Origin: Candidatus Omnitrophota bacterium | GTDB lineage: Bacteria > Omnitrophota > Omnitrophia > Omnitrophales > Aquincolibacteriaceae | Length of the DNA: 45,969 nucleotides | Reading direction: 5' to 3' | Assembly: GCA_028713205.1 (NCBI GenBank) | Contig: JAQTOZ010000002.1 | Span: forward strand, 1-45,969 | Shown here: positions 24,588 through 33,780 of the stretch, in pieces | How positions within the stretch are numbered: position 1 is the stretch's first letter | Layout of the letters: each line of letters opens with the position of its first letter | The notes under the pieces: generated by a model | Seen by the model: only the letters and a program-made list of their open reading frames with translations | Database searches by the model: none | What the model was told of the DNA's origin: nothing | Position numbers and translations under genes: made by a program

Positions 24588-26744
24588 ATGAACTACGCTG
24601 TCTTATCCGCGATGGTCAATGGCATCACCAGCCTCTCGGTTGCGGTATTGGTATTCGCAAGAAACCGCAAAGACCCCATTCACCGTTGTTTTTTCGTTTT
24701 TGCTTTCAGTGTCAGTCTTTGGGCCTTCGGTTGTGTGTTGTGGCAATTGAGTACGGCGAGGGAGAGTGCCTTGTTCTGGATCCGTTTTGCCACGGTCGCG
24801 TCGATCATCATACCGGTCGTCTTTTTTGAATTTATCCTCAGATTGCTTGATTTGACCGCGTTCCCGGCTTGGCTTCGCCGGGTCAATTATGGTGTGGCGG
24901 GACTGATTGCCGCCGTGTCTTACAGCCCCTGGTTTATTCAAGACATCAAACCTGTTTTGGATTTCCCGTTCTGGCCGGTACCGGGCATTGCCTTTTATTT
25001 TTTCCGTGTGTTTTTCGTTGTGAACATACTCGTGGCCTATGTCCTGATGGCGGCGAGATGGAAATGTGTTCCCCCGCCGAACCGGGAAAAAATATTGTTT
25101 GTTTTTGTCGCGACGGCCATCGGTCTGCTCGGGGGCATGGCCAACCATTTCCTGTGGTTCGGGGCCAAATTTTTCCCGATCGGCAACGTCGGGGTCACCG
25201 TCAGTATTTTGATTTTGGCCTGTGCGGTCGCAGTCCATTGCCTCCTGGATATCGAGTTTTTCATCAAAAAGTCCCTTGTCTTTGCGGGATTGTTTGTCGG
25301 GATGATGGGCGTCGTGGCGATCGTGACGGCGGTGACGCAAGGGCTTCTGGGGCGGTATTTCCAGATCCCTTCGCTGGTCTCCAGATCGATCAGCGTTTTG
25401 ATCGCCATTCTGCTTTACGATCCGGTGCGACGATGGCTGGTGCATTTGACGGAGGACGTCCTGTTTCAGCAGGAGGTTGATTATGAGGCGATCGACCATG
25501 AGATTGCGGACCAGATCCAGATCACGGACCTCGCCCGGCAGGTGAAAAACATTGTCGGCAATTTCGAATCGGAGTTTGCGCTTGAGAATGCGGCCATTTT
25601 TATTTTTGACGAGGGGAAAAAGGAATTTCGCCTGGCCCATGGTATCGGCTACGACGCGGATTTGGAGGGGAGCGCTCTCCCCGGTCATCATCCGTTGGTT
25701 GCGTTTTTGAGTGAACATTCCGAGGGGGTCCTTCTCACAAGCCTATTTTCGGAGAACGCGCCGGCGGTGGTCAGAGATTTTTTCGCGTTTTGGAAAGCGG
25801 AAGTCTGCTGCAAAATCCCTTTCAAGGGCGCCGTGATCGGTATCCTTTTATTGGGCAAGAAAAAATCCGATCGTGATTTTACGCAAAAGGACATGGACTT
25901 TCTCGACCGTGTGGTGAAAAATCTCGGGGTCTCGATCAACAACGCAAAGTCCTTTAAATTCAAGGAAGATTATTATGCGTTGATGGCCGAGAAAAACAAA
26001 ACGGATGTCCTGGCGCGTTTAAGCGAAGGGATCGATCATGAAATCAAAAACCCTTTGAATGCCATCAAACCGGCGGCGCAACGGATCCAATCGATTCTGG
26101 GAAAAGGTCCCGCGATGCAGGACCCCGAAGCGCAAGCGAAGGTCCGGGAATATTTGGAGATGATTATCCGCAATACCGACCGGATCAACGGGATCATGAC
26201 GCGCCTCAGAAATTTTGCCAGGCCCGTGCGGACCTCGGACGGATTCAAGCTGGTCCCGATCCGTTTGCGGGACCTTGTCGAAGAGGCCATCGGTTTGGGC
26301 AACGCCCGGCAGTTCGAGACCGATGGGATTGTGATTGAAAACAATGTCCCGGAGGAGATTTATATTTTTGGGGATCACGCCTCGGTGGTCCAGGTCTTTT
26401 GGAATTTGATTGTGAATGCCTATCATGCCATCGATCAAACGGGCCGGATCACCATCGCGGCCCGGTTTTCCGAGGCGGACGGCAAGGTCCTGGCGGAAGT
26501 GACGGACACCGGAAAGGGGATTGCCTCCGAAAATATGGACAAAATATTCACTCCTTTTTTTACGACCAAACCGACCAACGTGGCACCCGACGGCGGGATG
26601 CGTTTTACGGGGACTGGGCTTGGTTTGTGTTATGTCAAACAATATGTCGAAAATTTGGGCGGTCATATCCGGTGCGCCAGTCAACTGAATGAAGGGACGT
26701 CCTTTTATCTAAAATTTTTGAGGGCCGATGCACCCAGAACCTAA
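24588..26744 (+). CDS. Sensor histidine kinase: N-terminal 7-TM module, GAF-like domain, HisKA, HATPase_c
   Basis: Seven hydrophobic helices in the first ~280 aa. H-box LSEGIDHEIKNPLNAI, N-box NLIVNAYHAI, G1 DTGKGI and G2 GTGLGL. Confidence 0.85.
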   Translation: MNYAVLSAMVNGITSLSVAVLVFARNRKDPIHRCFFVFAFSVSLWAFGCVLWQLSTARESALFWIRFATVASIIIPVVFFEFILRLLDLTAFPAWLRRVNYGVAGLIAAVSYSPWFIQDIKPVLDFPFWPVPGIAFYFFRVFFVVNILVAYVLMAARWKCVPPPNREKILFVFVATAIGLLGGMANHFLWFGAKFFPIGNVGVTVSILILACAVAVHCLLDIEFFIKKSLVFAGLFVGMMGVVAIVTAVTQGLLGRYFQIPSLVSRSISVLIAILLYDPVRRWLVHLTEDVLFQQEVDYEAIDHEIADQIQITDLARQVKNIVGNFESEFALENAAIFIFDEGKKEFRLAHGIGYDADLEGSALPGHHPLVAFLSEHSEGVLLTSLFSENAPAVVRDFFAFWKAEVCCKIPFKGAVIGILLLGKKKSDRDFTQKDMDFLDRVVKNLGVSINNAKSFKFKEDYYALMAEKNKTDVLARLSEGIDHEIKNPLNAIKPAAQRIQSILGKGPAMQDPEAQAKVREYLEMIIRNTDRINGIMTRLRNFARPVRTSDGFKLVPIRLRDLVEEAIGLGNARQFETDGIVIENNVPEEIYIFGDHASVVQVFWNLIVNAYHAIDQTGRITIAARFSEADGKVLAEVTDTGKGIASENMDKIFTPFFTTKPTNVAPDGGMRFTGTGLGLCYVKQYVENLGGHIRCASQLNEGTSFYLKFLRADAPRT

Positions 26745-27138
26745 AAGCAAAGCCAAAATTTTGATCGCTGACGATGAACCGGACACGCTCACTCTTTTCC
26801 GCGACGCGTTCGAGGAGGAGGGCTATCAGGTTTTTACCGTGTCCAATGGGACCGATGCCCCGCGGGTGATTCAGGCGGAAAGACCGGATGCGATCATCCT
26901 GGACCTTAAAATTCCGGGGACGGACGGTGAAACGATTCTTGCGGATCTCTTGCGTGAAAAGCCGGTCCAAGCGGCAAAAGTTTTTATCATGACGGGATTC
27001 AATGATTTTGATGTCACCAAAACGCGGGTCCGGAATCAATTTGGAGCGATTATTGCCGATTACTTAGAAAAGCCCGTGGATATTCATCAGGTCGTTGCAA
27101 TGATCAAATATCACCTGGGAGGGGAAAATCAATCATGA
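26728..27138 (+). CDS. Single-domain response regulator (receiver only)
   Basis: KILIADDEPD, AIILDLKIPGTDG and a conserved Lys region. 136 aa with no output domain. Overlaps the kinase gene by 17 nt. Confidence 0.85.
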   Translation: MHPEPKSKAKILIADDEPDTLTLFRDAFEEEGYQVFTVSNGTDAPRVIQAERPDAIILDLKIPGTDGETILADLLREKPVQAAKVFIMTGFNDFDVTKTRVRNQFGAIIADYLEKPVDIHQVVAMIKYHLGGENQS

Positions 27139-27923
27139 AGCGAATTGTCATTATCGATGATGAACTCGATAGCTTGCAAGTCATGCGGGATGTTTTGGAA
27201 GAATATGCCTGCCGCGTCTACACGGCGACGACGGGCAAACAGGGATTGAAATTGGTCGAGGAAGCGCAGCCCGATCTGGTTTTTCTCGATTTGCGGCTTC
27301 CCGATACGGACGGTGAAGAACTCCTGCCGAAGATCAAGGCCAAATATCCGCAGGCGAAAGTCGTCATCGGGACGGCTTACGGTGACCAGGCGAAGCGCGA
27401 AGCCCTTCTTTCGGGCGGGGCCGACGGTTTTTTCGATAAGCCGGTCGACCTTAATGCCTTTGAGAAGAAGGCACATGAACTCATCGGGCCTTTGAGCGAG
27501 ATCAACCTGCTGATGATTGATGATGAACCAGAATTTTGCCAGACGTTCAAGGACATTCTGGAAAATGAGCCGCGCACCCAATGGCGGGTGTCTGTCGCCC
27601 CGAACGGCGTCGAAGGGGTCCATCAAGCGGAAACGTTGATGCCGGATTTGATCTTGCTGGATATCTCTCTGAATTTGGAAGGGGATGTGCGGCCGCTTTC
27701 GACCGGTTTGGAAGTTTATCGCGAGCTCAAACGGCGCGGTTCTCAAATCCCGGTGATTGTGCTGGCCCCCTTTATCGATTCTTCGAATGCGGATGACCTG
27801 AACAAAGAGGGGTTGGGAACGATCTATTCCAAGTCGGACCTGATGGGTTTGGAAAACATGACGCATTTTTTAAACGTCCTCAAACGGATTGCCCTCCGGA
27901 GCGGTCAAAGTATTCGGAAGTAA
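27135..27923 (+). CDS. Response regulator with two tandem receiver domains and no output domain
   Basis: REC1: IVIIDDE ... LVFLDLRLPDTDG. REC2: LLMIDDE ... LILLDISL. ATGA overlap with the upstream gene. Confidence 0.8.
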   Translation: MKRIVIIDDELDSLQVMRDVLEEYACRVYTATTGKQGLKLVEEAQPDLVFLDLRLPDTDGEELLPKIKAKYPQAKVVIGTAYGDQAKREALLSGGADGFFDKPVDLNAFEKKAHELIGPLSEINLLMIDDEPEFCQTFKDILENEPRTQWRVSVAPNGVEGVHQAETLMPDLILLDISLNLEGDVRPLSTGLEVYRELKRRGSQIPVIVLAPFIDSSNADDLNKEGLGTIYSKSDLMGLENMTHFLNVLKRIALRSGQSIRK

Positions 27924-27968
27924 TATAGGAGTCGCATTCCGGGCGTCCCAGGTGTTATATTAAAGTCC

Positions 27969-29270
27969 ATGCCTGACCGACGTCATATTCTTCGTTCTCA
28001 AATCAAGGCCACGGCGGGGGTATGGTCCGATATCCAAAAGGAACAAGGGCCTGTCGACCGCTGGCTGGCCAATTATTTCTACCGGTTCCGCAAGCAGTTC
28101 GGTTCCCGCGACAAAAAATTTATTTCCACGGTCATTTACGCGCTCTTCCGCCACAAAAGTTTGCTGACGGCGTGGGCCGGGAAATTTTCGGAAACTTCTG
28201 CCGGGGAGCCCATCGTTATTTTGACCGCGGCCGCCGAGAATTGTATCTCGGAGAACGATTTCCGAAGTGAAATAACTCCTTATTGCCGGAAAACGCCGTT
28301 TCATTCCGGGATCTATTCGATGCTTCAGGCCTATCATTTGCCGGACACGGTCAGGTTCGATTCCCCCGAAGAGGAAATGGCGCTCAAATTCTCATTCCCG
28401 CTCTGGCTGGTCAAACGCTGGATCGCCGCTTTCGGCCTGCAGGAAGCACGCCGGATGTTGGAGGCCTCACAAACGCGTCCGCCCTTGGTGGTCCGTTCCA
28501 ATCCGCTGAAGATCACGAGGGAAATGTTGATCGAAAGATTTAAGGGGGCCGGATTTGATATTTCCCCGACGATGCGTTCGCCGTTCGGGATTGTCTTTCG
28601 CGAGCGCGTCAATGTTTTTGACTCGGACGAGTTCCGGAACGGTTTTTTCGAAATTCAGGATGAAGGCAGCCAGCTCGTTTGCGTGACGATCGATCCGAAG
28701 CCCGGTGAAATGATTTGGGATGTCTGCGCCGGAGGGGGCGGTAAAACGCTTTTGATGGCGGCCCTGATGCAGAATAAAGGCCGGCTTGTTGCCACCGACC
28801 TTCGGTCCTGGAAACTCGGCGAACTCAAAAAACGCGCGCAACGTGCGGGCGCTTATAATATTTTCCCGGCGGACCTCAATCGCATGGACGAGATCAATGC
28901 CGCACGGCACGGTTTTGACAAAATCCTGGTGGATGCCCCGTGTTCGGGGACCGGGACGCTCCGGCGGAATCCCGATGCCAAATGGAAGTTAAGCGATGCG
29001 GAGTTTGAACTCAATCATAAGGACCAAGTCGCCATCCTTGAAAAATCATTGCCTTATCTCAGAGCGGGCGGAAAAATTTATTATGCGACCTGTTCGGTCG
29101 ACCCCGTTGAAAATGAAGGGGTGATTCAAGAAGTTTTAAGCCGGCATCCGGAGCTTGCGGTGGAAAGAATTTCCGACCGTCCGGACGGCCATTTCCATTT
29201 ATTGCCGGCTAAAGACGGTACGGACGGTTTTTTTATGGCGGCCATGACTCAGCGTTCCGAAAAAATATAG
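27969..29270 (+). CDS. rsmB: 16S rRNA m5C methyltransferase, RsmB/Sun family
   Basis: NusB-like N-terminal domain, then FEIQDEGSQL, DVCAGGGGKT, ILVDAPCSGTGTLRRNPD and YATCS motifs. Confidence 0.8.
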   Translation: MPDRRHILRSQIKATAGVWSDIQKEQGPVDRWLANYFYRFRKQFGSRDKKFISTVIYALFRHKSLLTAWAGKFSETSAGEPIVILTAAAENCISENDFRSEITPYCRKTPFHSGIYSMLQAYHLPDTVRFDSPEEEMALKFSFPLWLVKRWIAAFGLQEARRMLEASQTRPPLVVRSNPLKITREMLIERFKGAGFDISPTMRSPFGIVFRERVNVFDSDEFRNGFFEIQDEGSQLVCVTIDPKPGEMIWDVCAGGGGKTLLMAALMQNKGRLVATDLRSWKLGELKKRAQRAGAYNIFPADLNRMDEINAARHGFDKILVDAPCSGTGTLRRNPDAKWKLSDAEFELNHKDQVAILEKSLPYLRAGGKIYYATCSVDPVENEGVIQEVLSRHPELAVERISDRPDGHFHLLPAKDGTDGFFMAAMTQRSEKI

Positions 29271-29402
29271 TTCTCCGGGCTATTGTAATTCGGGAGGGGA
29301 TTGGGTAAAGTTAAAGTAGGAAGAAAAAGAGAGAAGCTTCGAAAAGGCAGGCTGTTGGTGAGTTAAAAAAGCTAATGAGTGAGTGAGCAATCACAAACTC
29401 AA

Positions 29403-29454
29403 GCAACCCGGAAAACCGGGGAACAACTCAAACAATAGGTTGCCTTTTTTGTTT
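29403..29454 (+). terminator. Terminator-like hairpin inside a long non-coding gap
   Basis: GCAACC (29403-29408) pairs with GGTTGC (29438-29443), with an inner CCCGG-AAAA-CCGGG hairpin, followed by CTTTTTTGTTT. Confidence 0.35.
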
Positions 29455-29984
29455 ATCGAGCTGTTTTGAGAGCCGTTGTCCCTTCCAGTTAATGGAACCG
29501 AACGCAAGACTGCATGAGTATTTCTCCGTTGTCTCCCGCCTGCCGGATCATCCTGTCATGCCCGGATCGCTTTGCCGGCAAACAGGTCGGACATTCATTA
29601 TCGCGATACCCACCGAATACTTGCGGGAATGGCTATGCTTAATCGATTTCCGTCGCTGGTATCGGGTGAGATGCCGACTGTGCCTGGTATGACAAAATGC
29701 CGAAAAATCGCAATAACCCACCGAATCTTGCCGGGGAGGGACGTCCGGTTCCTCCCTGAGCCCCCTCAGTAAATTCTTGTAATTTTTTTCCACTTACGGA
29801 TAATAATACCCCTGCTTGGAGGATGACGGGCTTGAAAGAGGTTTGGTGCCGTCCAGGTAGGATAGAACCCGGTCTCAATATTTCCAGGGGATATACGATA
29901 AATTCAATTGTTAAGCTTGGTTGCGCAATGGTCGTTCTAAAGGGGCATGGTGTGACGGGCTTCTTAAGATAAGGAGAAACAGCA

Positions 29985-30992
29985 ATGGTTTCGTACAAAG
30001 AACTTGGTTTCGTGAATACGCGTGAGATGTTCAAAAAGGCCGTGACGGGGGGATACGCCATTCCGGCATATAACTTCAATAATATGGAGCAAATCCAGGC
30101 GATTGTGATTGCCTGCGTGGAAACCCAGTCACCGGTCATCATGCAAGTATCGAGTGGGGCACGCAAATATGCGAATCAAACCCTCCTCAAATATTTAGGG
30201 CAGGGTGCCGTTGCCATGATGAGAGAGCACGCCAAAGAAAAAGGCCTCAAAGAGATCCCCATGGCGCTTCACCTGGACCATGGCGACACTTTCGAGTTGG
30301 CCAAGTCCTGTATCGAATCCGGATTTTCATCGGTGATGATTGACGGTTCTCATCATCCCTATGATAAAAACGTCGAATTGACCAAACAGGTGGTTGATTT
30401 CGCCCATCAGCATGATGTCACCGTCGAAGGGGAACTTGGCGTCCTTGCCGGGATCGAAGATGATGTGAAAGCCGAGATGTCCACCTATACCCGTCCCGAA
30501 GAGGTCGTGGACTTCGTCAAGAAGACGGGCGTGGATTCCCTGGCGATTTCAATCGGGACCTCGCATGGCGCGAACAAATTTAAACCTTCTCAATGCACGA
30601 AGAATGCGGACGGCATTTATATCCCGCCGGAGCTTCGCTTTGATATTTTGAAGGAAATCGAGAAAAAGATCCCCGGATTTCCGATTGTGCTTCACGGGGC
30701 TTCGTCGGTCCCGGTGGAGGCCGTGAAGATGATCAATGAATGCGGCGGTGCGCTTAAAGATTCTGTCGGGATTCCGGAAGAACAGATCCGCCGGGCCGCA
30801 AGCTCTGCGGTGTGCAAAGTGAATATCGATTCCGACGGCCGGCTTTGGATGACGGCTTCGATCCGGAAAGTTTTTAAAGACAAACCGGCGGAATTTGATC
30901 CGCGCAAATATTTGGGGCCGGCTCGAGATGCGTTGATTACCATGTATAAGCATAAAAACGAGCAGGTGCTCGGTTCGGCCGGTAAGGCTTAA
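29985..30992 (+). CDS. fba: Class II fructose-1,6-bisphosphate aldolase
   Basis: GYAIPAYNFNNMEQ, PVIMQVS, LHLDHG and GELG ... SIGTSHG motifs. RBS AAGGAGA upstream. Confidence 0.9.
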   Translation: MVSYKELGFVNTREMFKKAVTGGYAIPAYNFNNMEQIQAIVIACVETQSPVIMQVSSGARKYANQTLLKYLGQGAVAMMREHAKEKGLKEIPMALHLDHGDTFELAKSCIESGFSSVMIDGSHHPYDKNVELTKQVVDFAHQHDVTVEGELGVLAGIEDDVKAEMSTYTRPEEVVDFVKKTGVDSLAISIGTSHGANKFKPSQCTKNADGIYIPPELRFDILKEIEKKIPGFPIVLHGASSVPVEAVKMINECGGALKDSVGIPEEQIRRAASSAVCKVNIDSDGRLWMTASIRKVFKDKPAEFDPRKYLGPARDALITMYKHKNEQVLGSAGKA

Positions 30993-31044
30993 GGGATGGC
31001 CGGTTTTAATCAGAAGGAACAACTGAAACAAAAAGGAGGAAGTC

Positions 31045-31386
31045 ATGAGAGCACTCACTGTGGTATTGGTTATCTTCGCAATCGTTCTTGCTCCGGCGTT
31101 ATCGTTTGCCGCGAGTCCTTGGACCGAGGAAGATACGTACGGTAAGCAAATTGGTTCGAAACTTCAGTTCGGGTTGGTCAATACCCTTCTCGGGTGGACA
31201 GAGATTATCAACGAACCGAACAGGGCGTTGAATGAGAAAACAGACAGCTTGACCGGTCTCGGTAAAGGTGTCTCGAATGCATTGGTGGATACCGTGGGTG
31301 GTGTTCTGCATCTTGTGACTTTCCCGATTCCCCAATTGGATATTCCGCTTCCCAATAACGGTGTCAATATTGGGAAAAAGGCTTAA
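31045..31386 (+). CDS. Small secreted protein, TIGR04073-like (exosortase-system-associated family), paralogue 1
   Basis: Signal peptide ending SFAASPW. KLQFGLVNTLLGWTEI and GVSNALVDTVGGVLHLVTFPIP match my memory of the KLGRGLxN..GW.EIP / G...E.VTFP pattern of that family. Confidence 0.6.
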   Translation: MRALTVVLVIFAIVLAPALSFAASPWTEEDTYGKQIGSKLQFGLVNTLLGWTEIINEPNRALNEKTDSLTGLGKGVSNALVDTVGGVLHLVTFPIPQLDIPLPNNGVNIGKKA

Positions 31387-31403
31387 ACCGTCAGTTTGAT
31401 ATG

Positions 31404-31452
31404 TTTGAGGGGCTTCGTTTGATCGACAAGCGCAGCCCCTCAAATCTTTTTT
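31404..31452 (+). terminator. Intrinsic terminator
   Basis: TTTGAGGGGCT (31404-31414) pairs with AGCCCCTCAAA (31434-31444), followed by TCTTTTTT. Confidence 0.6.
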
Positions 31453-31498
31453 GGACATTCCGAATACCAAGCCTATTTTGATCACAACCTTATTTCCC

Positions 31499-32125
31499 AT
31501 GCAAATTTCAATCCTTCTCGCACATCCCGACAAAAATAGTTTCAATCATGCGATTGCCAAGACGGCGCGGCAGGTGTTGCGCCGCCTGGGTTATCACGTC
31601 ATCTATCACGACCTTTATGCGGAGGGTTTTGATCCGGTTTTTACAAAGAGGGAATTGTCCGGAAAGGGGCCACTTGCTTTAGGGATCAAAACCCATTGTG
31701 AAGAAATTAGCCGGGCTGATGGCATTATTGTTGTTCATCCGAATTGGTGGGGGCAGCCGCCGGCGGTTTTAAAAGGCTGGGTGGACCGCGTTTTACGGGA
31801 TGGGGTCGCCTATCGATTCAACGAAGGGGACAATGGCGAAGGTGTCCCTGTCGGGCTTCTGCGGGCAAAGACCGCTATGATTTTTAATACCTCCAATACT
31901 CCCATCCAAAGGGAAAAGGACGTGTTTGGGGATCCGCTCGAGCAGCTGTGGAAATACTGTATTTTTCATTTTTGCGGGGTATGCCATATTTTCAGAAAAA
32001 CCTACGGCGTGATTGTGACCAGTACCCCGGCTGAGCGCAAACGATGGTTGGAAGATGTGGGCCGAAGCATTGCCGAGCAATTCCCGCCTGTGAAATCAAA
32101 TAAAAAAAGACAGCCCCGAAGATAA
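31499..32125 (+). CDS. Flavodoxin-like-fold NAD(P)H-dependent oxidoreductase (NQO/KefG-type)
   Basis: MQISILLAHPDKNSFNHAI ... DLYAEGFDP ... IIVVHPNWWGQPPAVLKGWVDRV. ATG 31499 is chosen because the track start at 31451 lies inside the upstream terminator. Confidence 0.75.
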   Translation: MQISILLAHPDKNSFNHAIAKTARQVLRRLGYHVIYHDLYAEGFDPVFTKRELSGKGPLALGIKTHCEEISRADGIIVVHPNWWGQPPAVLKGWVDRVLRDGVAYRFNEGDNGEGVPVGLLRAKTAMIFNTSNTPIQREKDVFGDPLEQLWKYCIFHFCGVCHIFRKTYGVIVTSTPAERKRWLEDVGRSIAEQFPPVKSNKKRQPRR

Positions 32126-32181
32126 AATCAACGGCCTGCATCCCGCACGGCCGAAACCGAATGCTATCTTCGAGGCTGTCT
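32102..32181. terminator. Long inverted repeat between convergent genes (possible terminator, best for the - strand gene)
   Basis: AGACAGCCCCGAAGATA (32108-32124) and TATCTTCGAGGCTGTCT (32165-32181) are complementary with one mismatch. An A7 run on the left flank gives a U-run for minus-strand transcripts. Confidence 0.4.
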
Positions 32182-32211
32182 TCTTCAATCCATTCCGTTT
32201 AAAGGGTCAGA

Positions 32212-32706
32212 TTATTTCTTCACGTAACGCATGGCGTCGTGTTTCTGCACAACGACGGGTTCCGGTGTCATGACCACAGGCTGCGTATTGGCAACGCTCG
32301 GTTGCGGTGCTACCATCACCGGAGCGGGAGCAATTTCCTGCGGCTGTTCTTCGCACAAGAGGCAGTTGGCATAGGATTTATTCACGGGAAACCCGTTGAA
32401 TCCGGGAACCCAGAATGTTGCCACATCCAATGCACCGGAAAGGGCTCGAAGGCTGGTGCAGCCGATACCGCCGCCTAAGCCCGTGAGTGTCCCAAGGAGA
32501 GGCGGACCCTTCTTGGTCCCTTCGACCGTTTGAACCAGAATGTCAACAAAGCAGGTTACGCAATTAAGCAATCCGCGACCAAGCATGCCGCCCACTTTTT
32601 GGCCGTAGCGGTCAGATTCAGCCATCTGCCATACGTCCGCGGCAGAGGCAATCGGCATCGCAACCAACAATAGTGCGGCAGTCAAAATAAGAAATCTCTT
32701 TTTCAT
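32212..32706 (-). CDS. TIGR04073-like secreted protein, paralogue 2, with Cys-rich core and Pro/Val-rich C-terminal extension
   Basis: Signal peptide MKKRFLILTAALLLVAMPIASA. YGQKVGGMLGRGLLNCVTCFVDI and GGGIGCTSLRALSGALDVATFWVP parallel the other two paralogues. The extra tail is CEEQPQEIAPAPVMVAPQPSV... Confidence 0.5.
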   Translation of the reverse strand: MKKRFLILTAALLLVAMPIASAADVWQMAESDRYGQKVGGMLGRGLLNCVTCFVDILVQTVEGTKKGPPLLGTLTGLGGGIGCTSLRALSGALDVATFWVPGFNGFPVNKSYANCLLCEEQPQEIAPAPVMVAPQPSVANTQPVVMTPEPVVVQKHDAMRYVKK

Positions 32707-32953
32707 TACCGAGCTCCTTTTCGATGTAACTTAAGGTTCGTTATCGTAGCGGTTATCTGAAATTCTCAATAATAGGGTTCACTCTAGCGTACAGAAAATG
32801 GCATAATACACGCGTAAAGAATATTACATTTGAGTTTAAGAATCAAGCAAACTATTTCATGGGCCGAACCGGATTTTGACGGGGTATTGACGGGTCTGAA
32901 TGCTTTTTTCAGTTTGCCGACCTTTTTCATTTCAACGCAAGGGATATCAAAAA

Positions 32954-33661
32954 ATGATAACGGTGCGTAAATCTGCGGAACGCGCGCATTACAATTACGG
33001 GTGGCTGGATACCCGGCATACCTTTTCTTTCAATGAGTATTATGATCCGAGTTATGTCGGATTCCGGAGTCTGCGGGTGCTGAATGAAGACCGGATCCAA
33101 GGCGGGACCGGCTTCGAAGAACATTCCCATCAGGATATGGAAATTATTACTTATGTGATCGAAGGGGCGCTGAAGCACCAGGACAGCACGGGGTTTAGCA
33201 CGGTGATTCGCGCGGGGGAGCTTCAGAGGATGAGCGCGGGGCGCGGTATTACGCATAGCGAGTACAATGAGTCGAAAACCGAGCCCGCCCATTTCCTGCA
33301 AATATGGATTATCCCCGACCGACAAGGACTCGAACCGAGTTATGCCCAACACGCATCCCTGTCAAAAATCAAGCACGGACGGTGGGAATTGTGTGCGGCA
33401 CCCGGCGGCTCCAAATACGAGAATGCGCTGGTCATTCACCAAAATGTTTCTCTATGGTATGCGCGGCTCAAAGCCCGCGAACATTTGATGTACCGGATTT
33501 GTCCCAAACGCTGCGTTTGGATTCAGGTCGTGCGCGGCGGCGTCGGTTTTAACAAGCTCTTTCTTGAGGCCGGTGACGGTGCGGCGATTTATGCGGAAAA
33601 CCGGCTCGATATTCAAAGCGGTCGGGAGGATTCGGAGCTGTTGCTTTTTGACCTCGCATAA
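32954..33661 (+). CDS. Pirin family protein
   Basis: GWLDTRHTFSF, GFEEHSHQDMEIITYVIEGALKHQDS and RMSAGRGITHSE are classic bicupin pirin motifs. ATG 32954. Confidence 0.9.
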   Translation: MITVRKSAERAHYNYGWLDTRHTFSFNEYYDPSYVGFRSLRVLNEDRIQGGTGFEEHSHQDMEIITYVIEGALKHQDSTGFSTVIRAGELQRMSAGRGITHSEYNESKTEPAHFLQIWIIPDRQGLEPSYAQHASLSKIKHGRWELCAAPGGSKYENALVIHQNVSLWYARLKAREHLMYRICPKRCVWIQVVRGGVGFNKLFLEAGDGAAIYAENRLDIQSGREDSELLLFDLA

Positions 33662-33780
33662 TGCGCGGTCCTTAAATGGAGTTGAAGTGCGCGTCAAAAT
33701 TTGCCGATGAGTCAGCCGCGGACTCCGGGGAGTTTTTCCGGAGGCCGGAGATCGGTGATAAAAACGCGGAAAGGTCCGAT

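Noticed and set aside
24603-25718. 371-aa minus-strand ORF
   Set aside because: It lies antisense to the 7-TM region of the histidine kinase gene and has no motifs of its own.
29492-30166. Overlapping ORFs in the rsmB-fba gap (29492..29692 +, 29572..29772 +, 29548..29793 -, 29639..30166 -)
   Set aside because: They overlap one another and the fba start. They translate repeat and hairpin sequence, and they have no RBS or motifs.
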